Assembly: GCA_902526795.1 (NCBI GenBank) | Contig: CABZMF010000001.1 | Location: 280,733 to 344,732 of the forward strand | From: an uncultured Fidelibacterota bacterium | GTDB taxonomy: Bacteria > Fidelibacterota > Marinisomatia > Marinisomatales > Marinisomataceae | Direction: 5' to 3' | Length of the DNA: 64,000 nucleotides | In this document: positions 58,975 to 64,000 of the stretch, one piece after another | Numbering within the stretch: position 1 is the first letter of the stretch | Layout of the letters: each line of letters opens with the position of its first letter | Translations under genes and position numbers: made by a program | The notes under the pieces: model-generated | What the model saw: only the letters and a program-made list of their open reading frames with translations | What the model was told of the DNA's origin: nothing | Databases searched by the model: none

Positions 58975-59658
58975 TTATTTTGTATCCATCTTAGCAGCAG
59001 CGTAAACAATCATACCAATAAGAATTTTATTTACAAAATCAGCTAAATTGTAAACTTGATTAGTTAGATCCATATCAACTCCACCTGTAGTAAAGTACCC
59101 AAGGAAATAACCTATAGGATAGATTGCCCATCCAAATGTTACAATTTTTTTCATGCCATCAAATGCGTAAGCAGCAGCAGCATTTTTTGAACCTGCATTA
59201 ACTTCAGCAGCTTCACCTGACCAGATTTCTCTTAACATTAATCCCCAGCAAAGCATACCGCCAGCAAAACCAACTACTGGTGTAACTAAAGCGTCTGCAT
59301 TTGCAACATTTACTTCACCTAAGTAACCAAAAATTAACATTAAAACTGAAAAACCTAGTAATCTATTAAGTACACCAGCACTTACAGCTGTGACAGCAGC
59401 AAGTACGATGTAGAATTCTACCATTTGAAGAGGAACAGTGATTAACCAATCAATGTATCTAATTGATACAACATCAGTTGCATCTAAATTACCTCTCATA
59501 TAGTAGTAATGAACCGCAGCGATAAAGCAAACCATACCTGAAACTGTCAATGCAGTTTTCCATTTTGGATTAACATTATCTCTTTCTAGCCATAAGAAAA
59601 GACCAGTTGCGAGTAAAGCCATATTTGTTACAAAAAATGTAAACTCTGTAAAGCCCAT
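58975..59658 (-). CDS. Proteorhodopsin (DTE-motif light-driven proton pump, Gln at the spectral tuning site, so blue-absorbing type)
   Basis: It has seven hydrophobic helices. Helix C reads 'RYIDWLITVPLQMVEFY' and helix B 'AVHYYYMRG'. 'GWAIYPIGYF' is present. Helix G 'YNLADFVNKILIG' carries the Schiff-base Lys. A GAGGT SD lies 9 nt upstream. Confidence 0.93.
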   Translation of the reverse strand: MGFTEFTFFVTNMALLATGLFLWLERDNVNPKWKTALTVSGMVCFIAAVHYYYMRGNLDATDVVSIRYIDWLITVPLQMVEFYIVLAAVTAVSAGVLNRLLGFSVLMLIFGYLGEVNVANADALVTPVVGFAGGMLCWGLMLREIWSGEAAEVNAGSKNAAAAYAFDGMKKIVTFGWAIYPIGYFLGYFTTGGVDMDLTNQVYNLADFVNKILIGMIVYAAAKMDTK

Positions 59659-59736
59659 ACTTTATACCTCATATTTTTGTTATATTATTGTAAATATAAA
59701 GCAAAAATTATTTAAAACTCAAATTATTTTAAAAAT

Positions 59737-60333
59737 ATGTTAAAAAGAGAATTTCAGGAAATATATGGTAAAATAAATCTATTGATGAAAAAAGCTTTAG
59801 AAAATTCAGCCCATCCCTATCGAACATTTTCGTTGGCATCTTTAGATAAAGAAATGCCAAAATTAAGGACAGTTGTTCTAAGAGAATTTTCATTTGAAAA
59901 CTTTTTTCTTGATTGCCATTCAGATATAAGGAGTCCTAAGGTTATTGAGTTTAAAAAAAATAATAAATTTTCAGCTCTATTTTATTCATCTGAAGAAAAA
60001 ATACAATTAAGGTTTAACGGTAAAGTAGAAATTTTTCATAATAACTCTATTACTAAAAAAAGGTGGAAATTTATAACACCTTCTTCAAGAAGATGTTACA
60101 TGGGTCCTTTTAGTCCGTCAGATCACCTTGAAGAATATCACTCAAATATTCCTGAAAACGTTAAATTTGAAAATCCGTCCAAGAAAGAGTCTGACAAAGG
60201 CTATGAAAATTTTGTTGTTATTCGATGTCATTTTGATGAACTAGATTATTTAAAATTAAAGTATAGCGGTCATTTAAGATGCAAACTAATTTTTGAAAAT
60301 AAAAATATTAATGGCGTTTGGTTGGCTCCATAG
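59737..60333 (+). CDS. Pyridoxamine 5'-phosphate oxidase (PdxH)-family FMN-binding protein, divergent
   Basis: 'YRTFSLASLDKEMPKLRTVVLREF' and 'KIQLRFNGKVE' are present. The C-terminal 'WLAP' resembles the PdxH C-terminus. Confidence 0.55.
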   Translation: MLKREFQEIYGKINLLMKKALENSAHPYRTFSLASLDKEMPKLRTVVLREFSFENFFLDCHSDIRSPKVIEFKKNNKFSALFYSSEEKIQLRFNGKVEIFHNNSITKKRWKFITPSSRRCYMGPFSPSDHLEEYHSNIPENVKFENPSKKESDKGYENFVVIRCHFDELDYLKLKYSGHLRCKLIFENKNINGVWLAP

Positions 60334-60335
60334 TT

Positions 60336-60446
60336 ATGAAAAGTACTATTATTTTAATGACTATCTTTGTGGTTTTAGGAACAGTATTTAATTTTTTAAC
60401 AATAAAGCGTTTTTTAAAGAAAAGAAAAAATGAAGAAAATTAAATC
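60336..60446 (+). CDS. Candidate 36-aa single-TM micro-ORF
   Basis: Translation is MKSTIILMTIFVVLGTVFNFLTIKRFLKKRKNEEN. It starts 2 nt after the preceding stop and overlaps the rhodanese start by 17 nt. It is not in the ORF track. Confidence 0.35.
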
Positions 60447-60801
60447 AATCCTATTTTTTTTAGTATTAACTTTTTCTATGATTTTTTGTTCAAAAAATTC
60501 CGACGTTGTATCAATGTATGAATTTCAAAATAACATTTTAAATGAAAAATCTATAGTTCTTGATGTTAGAACAGAAGAGGAATATTTTGGGCCTCTTGGG
60601 CACATTGATGGTGCAATTTTGATACCTATTGATGAACTAGGAAATAGACTTAATGAATTAGAAATTTACAAAGAAGAAACTATTTATGTTGTTTGTAGAA
60701 GTGGAAATAGATCCAACTTTGGAAAAAATATTTTAAATGAAAATAATTTCAAAGCTGTAAATGTTGACGGTGGAATGTTAGAATGGAAGACGGATTTATG
60801 A
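60430..60801 (+). CDS. Rhodanese-domain lipoprotein (single-domain sulfurtransferase-like)
   Basis: It has the lipobox 'TFSMIFCS' and the active-site loop 'VVCRSGNRS'. Confidence 0.8.
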   Translation: MKKIKSILFFLVLTFSMIFCSKNSDVVSMYEFQNNILNEKSIVLDVRTEEEYFGPLGHIDGAILIPIDELGNRLNELEIYKEETIYVVCRSGNRSNFGKNILNENNFKAVNVDGGMLEWKTDL

Positions 60802-60902
60802 GAGACAAGAAAGAAATAGTTCTTTTTTATAAAAAGTCATTTTTAACAATTCTTATAATTTTAATAATACTTTTAATCCCTTTCTTTTTTTATGCGAATT
60901 AA
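60798..60902 (+). CDS. Candidate 34-aa single-TM micro-ORF
   Basis: Translation is MRDKKEIVLFYKKSFLTILIILIILLIPFFFYAN. Its ATG overlaps the rhodanese TGA (ATGA), and its stop overlaps the next gene's start. It is not in the ORF track. Confidence 0.35.
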   Translation: MRDKKEIVLFYKKSFLTILIILIILLIPFFFYAN

Positions 60903-61527
60903 GCAAAAGTATATTATTGATTTTGCAAAGGGAGTCACATGGCTTTTAGTTATCAGTCTAATTTTTTTATATAATCAGACTGAAAATCTAACTGCATGGA
61001 TATATTTTTGCCTACATGGATCTTATGGTTTAATGTGGGTTTCAAAAAGTTATATTTTCCCGGATAAAACCTGGGAAAGCAGAGTGGGTATTCCATATGC
61101 ATTACTGATTTTGTTTGGTTTAATATTATATTGGTCGCCAGCTTTCATTATTAATATTACAGCTCACCAGGCTTCATTAGAAATGATCGTTTTAGCAATT
61201 TTTATTTTCATAATAGGTGCATTCTATCATTTTGCTTCAGATATGCAAAAATTCATTTTTTTAAAATATAAATCAGGTTTAATAACAGATGGATTCTGGA
61301 AACAATGTAGGCACCCAAATTATTTTGGAGAGCTTTTAATTTATTTAAGTTTTATAATTCTTGTACTTGAGTCCTCATTATGGTGGATTCCAACTTTAAT
61401 CCTCGGTTTGTTTATCGTTTCAGTATGGATTCCTAATATGATAGCGATAGAAAAGTCTTTATCAAGATTTGACGAGCATGAATCTTATAAGAAAAATACC
61501 GCATTAATAATCCCATATATCTTATAA
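60892..61527 (+). CDS. DUF1295/steroid-5-alpha-reductase-ICMT-clan polytopic membrane protein
   Basis: 'LITDGFWKQCRHPNYFGELLIY' is present. Confidence 0.7.
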   Translation: MRIKQKYIIDFAKGVTWLLVISLIFLYNQTENLTAWIYFCLHGSYGLMWVSKSYIFPDKTWESRVGIPYALLILFGLILYWSPAFIINITAHQASLEMIVLAIFIFIIGAFYHFASDMQKFIFLKYKSGLITDGFWKQCRHPNYFGELLIYLSFIILVLESSLWWIPTLILGLFIVSVWIPNMIAIEKSLSRFDEHESYKKNTALIIPYIL

Positions 61528-61913
61528 TGAAATCTGAAATTATTATCTTTTACGATGGGATTTGTATTCTATGTTCTAATGCTATCAATTTTGTCCAGAA
61601 AAATGACCAAAAAAATTTATTTTTTTTTAGTCCACTACAATCTAACTATGCAAAGAAGACTATTGATAAAAAGTTTATTAGAGAATTAAATACTGTTGTT
61701 GTAATGAAAGATGGAAATCTCTTTACCAACTCCAAAGCTGCTTTTATTGTCTTGGATGCTTTAAATCATCCAATAAGATATTTTAAATTTATTGTACCAA
61801 CTTTCATTGCAGATATTGTCTATAAATTCGTTGCCGGAAGAAGATATAGCTGGTTTGGAAAAAAAGAAGAATGTATTTTTCCAGTAGGTAATTCAAAATT
61901 TTTAATTGATTAA
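61527..61913 (+). CDS. DCC-family thiol-disulfide oxidoreductase (DUF393)
   Basis: It has the N-terminal 'IIFYDGICILCSNAINF' (DGxCxxC). Confidence 0.75.
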   Translation: MKSEIIIFYDGICILCSNAINFVQKNDQKNLFFFSPLQSNYAKKTIDKKFIRELNTVVVMKDGNLFTNSKAAFIVLDALNHPIRYFKFIVPTFIADIVYKFVAGRRYSWFGKKEECIFPVGNSKFLID

Positions 61914-62323
61914 TGAAAAAAGAGCAATTTTCAAGATTTTATAAAATGGAAACTAGATGGTATGACGAAGACATGCTTGGTCATATTAACCATGGTACAG
62001 CCGTTGCTTATTTTGAAGATGCTCGTATAAGACATGCTCATGATATTGGTCTATTCCCATACAATAATGATAAATTTCCATTTATTGTTGCATCAATGAC
62101 ATTCAATTTTTTAAGACAAATTAAACATCCAAAGAATATTACAGTTGGATTAAGAGTTTCAAGAATTGGAGGTAAAAGTTTTGATTACGAATATGGATTA
62201 TTTATGGAAAATGATGATGAATGTGCAATTTCATGTCAAATGACAATGGTGTGTTTTGATTTTATAAATCAACACAGCGTAAAAGTCTTTGAAGAAGTTA
62301 AAAAAGAATTTAAAGGGGAATAA
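61913..62323 (+). CDS. Acyl-CoA thioesterase, 4HBT/YbgC-like hot-dog fold
   Basis: 'RWYDEDMLGHINHGTAVAYFEDAR' is present. Length is 136 aa. Confidence 0.75.
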   Translation: MKKEQFSRFYKMETRWYDEDMLGHINHGTAVAYFEDARIRHAHDIGLFPYNNDKFPFIVASMTFNFLRQIKHPKNITVGLRVSRIGGKSFDYEYGLFMENDDECAISCQMTMVCFDFINQHSVKVFEEVKKEFKGE

Positions 62324-62325
62324 AA

Positions 62326-63069
62326 ATGCAAATAAATATCGAAAATGAAATTAAAACTATTAAAATGGGTGATAAAGGTCCCAATCTTTTAAGCGTCGAA
62401 AGGGCTAATGAAATAATTTCAGAGCTTAATAAAAATGATTGTAAGGCAGTTATAATATTAGGAAATGAAAAGGTTTTCAGTGCTGGATTAAATCTTAAAC
62501 ACCTACAAAAGGCCAAAGAGGCGAGTGAAGTATCTTTGATTTTCAAAACACTGAGGGAGTTATTGGTAGCATCAAGAAAGTTTCCAGGTCCTGTCATAAG
62601 TATTGTTTCAGGACATGCAATTGCAGGTGGTTGCCTTTTAGCTCTTGCTTCAGATTACAGATATGGTGTTCATGGAATGCATAGAATGGGTCTTAATGAA
62701 ATGGCGATTGGTATTGATCTTCCGCCAGATATGTTATCAATAATTGCACATACTATAAGTAAAAATCATTTATTTGAGGTTGCTACACAATGTAGAATGT
62801 ATACACCTACGGAAGCACTTAAAAAGGGTCTTTTACATGAAATCGTAGGCTATAGATTTACAAGTAAAAAGAAAGCAACTTTAAAAGCTTTAGATAAGGC
62901 AAAGAAACTTGCAAAGTTTTACATTGATGCTGGCGAACCTTTTGTTAGGTTAAAGCAATCTCTTATGCATGATACAGATTTTGATTATCAAATTCTAATT
63001 GATAACTGGTTTAGTTCAGAAACTCAGGACAAAATCAACTCAGTCATGTCTTCCTTAAACAAAAAATGA
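62326..63069 (+). CDS. Enoyl-CoA hydratase/isomerase (crotonase) family protein
   Basis: 'VFSAGLNLKHL' and 'GHAIAGGCLLALASDYR' are oxyanion-hole segments. Confidence 0.8.
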   Translation: MQINIENEIKTIKMGDKGPNLLSVERANEIISELNKNDCKAVIILGNEKVFSAGLNLKHLQKAKEASEVSLIFKTLRELLVASRKFPGPVISIVSGHAIAGGCLLALASDYRYGVHGMHRMGLNEMAIGIDLPPDMLSIIAHTISKNHLFEVATQCRMYTPTEALKKGLLHEIVGYRFTSKKKATLKALDKAKKLAKFYIDAGEPFVRLKQSLMHDTDFDYQILIDNWFSSETQDKINSVMSSLNKK

Positions 63070-63968
63070 AAATAGTTGTTGCAGGTGGCACAGGTTTTAT
63101 CGGAAAAAAAATTGTTCGATCTTTAACTGGAAAAGATTTTACAGTTTTTGTATTAACCAGAAATATTAAAAAACATAAAAGATTATCAACTGAAAATATA
63201 AAGCTCATTGACTGGAATACAGTTAATCCTGCGCTTTTGAAAGATGTTAAAATTCTTATAAAGTTAAATGGAGAAAAAGTTGATCAGTTTTGGACAAACT
63301 CTGTAAAAAATAAAATTTTTGAAAGCAGAATTGAAACAACAAAAATGCTTTATGATTTTTGTATAAAAAATGAAATTATTCCTCAAAAGTTAATAAATGC
63401 ATCCGCAGTTGGTATTTATGCATTAAATAGTGCTAAATATAATTTTTCTTCAGATGAAAAATCACAAAAAGGAGATACTTTTTTATCAAAGGTTTGTGAC
63501 GCAAATGAACAAAGCACAAAAATTTTTAATAACTTTAAAAATACTAATATAATTCAACTTAGAATAGGTGTAGTTTTAAGAAAGAAAATAATTTCCTTAT
63601 TATCAATTAATTTATTCTTATCATTGCCAATTCCTGGGAAAAAAAATAATTATTTTCCTTGGGTTCATGTTGATGATATTGTTGGTTTTATAGAATATAG
63701 TATTGATAATAATCTTAGCGGTGTTTTCAATTTAGTTGGTCCTGAACTAACAACTCATCAAATATTTTTTAAGGCAATTTTAAATAACACAAAAAGCTTC
63801 ATATCTTGGGTTATTTTTCTACCAGATTGTATTACAAAATTATTTTTTAGAAGTATGAGTGAAATGTTTCTTTTTGGTCCAAAAATAGAACCTCTTAGAA
63901 CACTTAGAAGTGGATATAATTATAAATTTTCATCTTTATCAGATGCTTTATCTAATTTGTCTGAATAA
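63066..63968 (+). CDS. TIGR01777/SDR39U1-like NAD-dependent epimerase family protein (DUF1731 C-terminus)
   Basis: 'IVVAGGTGFIGKK' and the C-terminal 'GPKIEPLRTLRSGYNYKF' are present. Confidence 0.75.
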   Translation: MKIVVAGGTGFIGKKIVRSLTGKDFTVFVLTRNIKKHKRLSTENIKLIDWNTVNPALLKDVKILIKLNGEKVDQFWTNSVKNKIFESRIETTKMLYDFCIKNEIIPQKLINASAVGIYALNSAKYNFSSDEKSQKGDTFLSKVCDANEQSTKIFNNFKNTNIIQLRIGVVLRKKIISLLSINLFLSLPIPGKKNNYFPWVHVDDIVGFIEYSIDNNLSGVFNLVGPELTTHQIFFKAILNNTKSFISWVIFLPDCITKLFFRSMSEMFLFGPKIEPLRTLRSGYNYKFSSLSDALSNLSE

Positions 63969-64000
63969 ATAGCTTGGAAAATTTTTAGAATTTGGTAAAT

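Noticed and set aside
1-64000. Search for rRNA, tRNA, CRISPR arrays, IS elements, toxin-antitoxin pairs or recognisable defence systems.
   Set aside because: Coding density leaves only a few intergenic gaps longer than about 60 nt (the largest are roughly 100-285 nt). I saw no cloverleaf-like sequence, no spaced direct repeats, and no transposase, integrase-cassette or nuclease/helicase/ATPase defence-type genes. This was visual inspection only, so small elements could be missed.

Overview
The window is AT-rich and very gene-dense. I call about 60 conventional CDSs plus 4 candidate micro-ORFs, and many junctions are short or overlapping. All but three genes are on the + strand. The exceptions are nrdJ, a TonB-dependent receptor and a proteorhodopsin, each apparently monocistronic. 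I saw no rRNA, tRNA, CRISPR array, transposase or prophage signal.

Bases 1-46,700 are mostly housekeeping:
- MEP and vitamin B6 genes: ispH, pdxST, dxs.
- An orphan acyl-CoA mutase large subunit.
- A variant System I cytochrome c maturation cluster (ccmE-F-A-B-C) whose CcmE has a CXXXY motif.
- An archaeal-type (type II) GAPDH homologue.
- tilS-ftsH-folP-cdaA.
- A PNPOx-domain::MenA-like prenyltransferase fusion.
- prfB with its programmed +1 frameshift, then lysS, lolCED-like genes and dnaK.
- A MoxR-DUF58-BatD-like module.
- efp-accBC-gcvH, xerD, miaA, pyrBC, rplM-rpsI-rpsB-tsf-frr.
- Class II RNR and a fused indolepyruvate:ferredoxin oxidoreductase.

Bases 46,700-64,000 look more accessory:
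- A secreted M43 metalloprotease with a T9SS-type C-terminal domain.
- A TonB-dependent receptor, MsrB and a MATE exporter.
- A split ACAD10/11-like kinase plus dehydrogenase module.
- A blue-tuned DTE proteorhodopsin.
- A tightly coupled operon of poorly characterised families.

The T9SS sorting domain, the CarboxypepD_reg-type receptor and the Bat-like genes suggest a streamlined marine FCB-superphylum bacterium, possibly Marinimicrobia/SAR406-like. That assignment is inference only. I found no clear defence or other novel multi-gene system.

The most interesting items are:
- the proteorhodopsin and its neighbouring operon;
- the ACAD10/11-like module;
- the PNPOx::MenA fusion;
- the variant ccm cluster with two micro-ORFs;
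- a near-perfect sigma-54 type -24/-12 element in front of dnaK.
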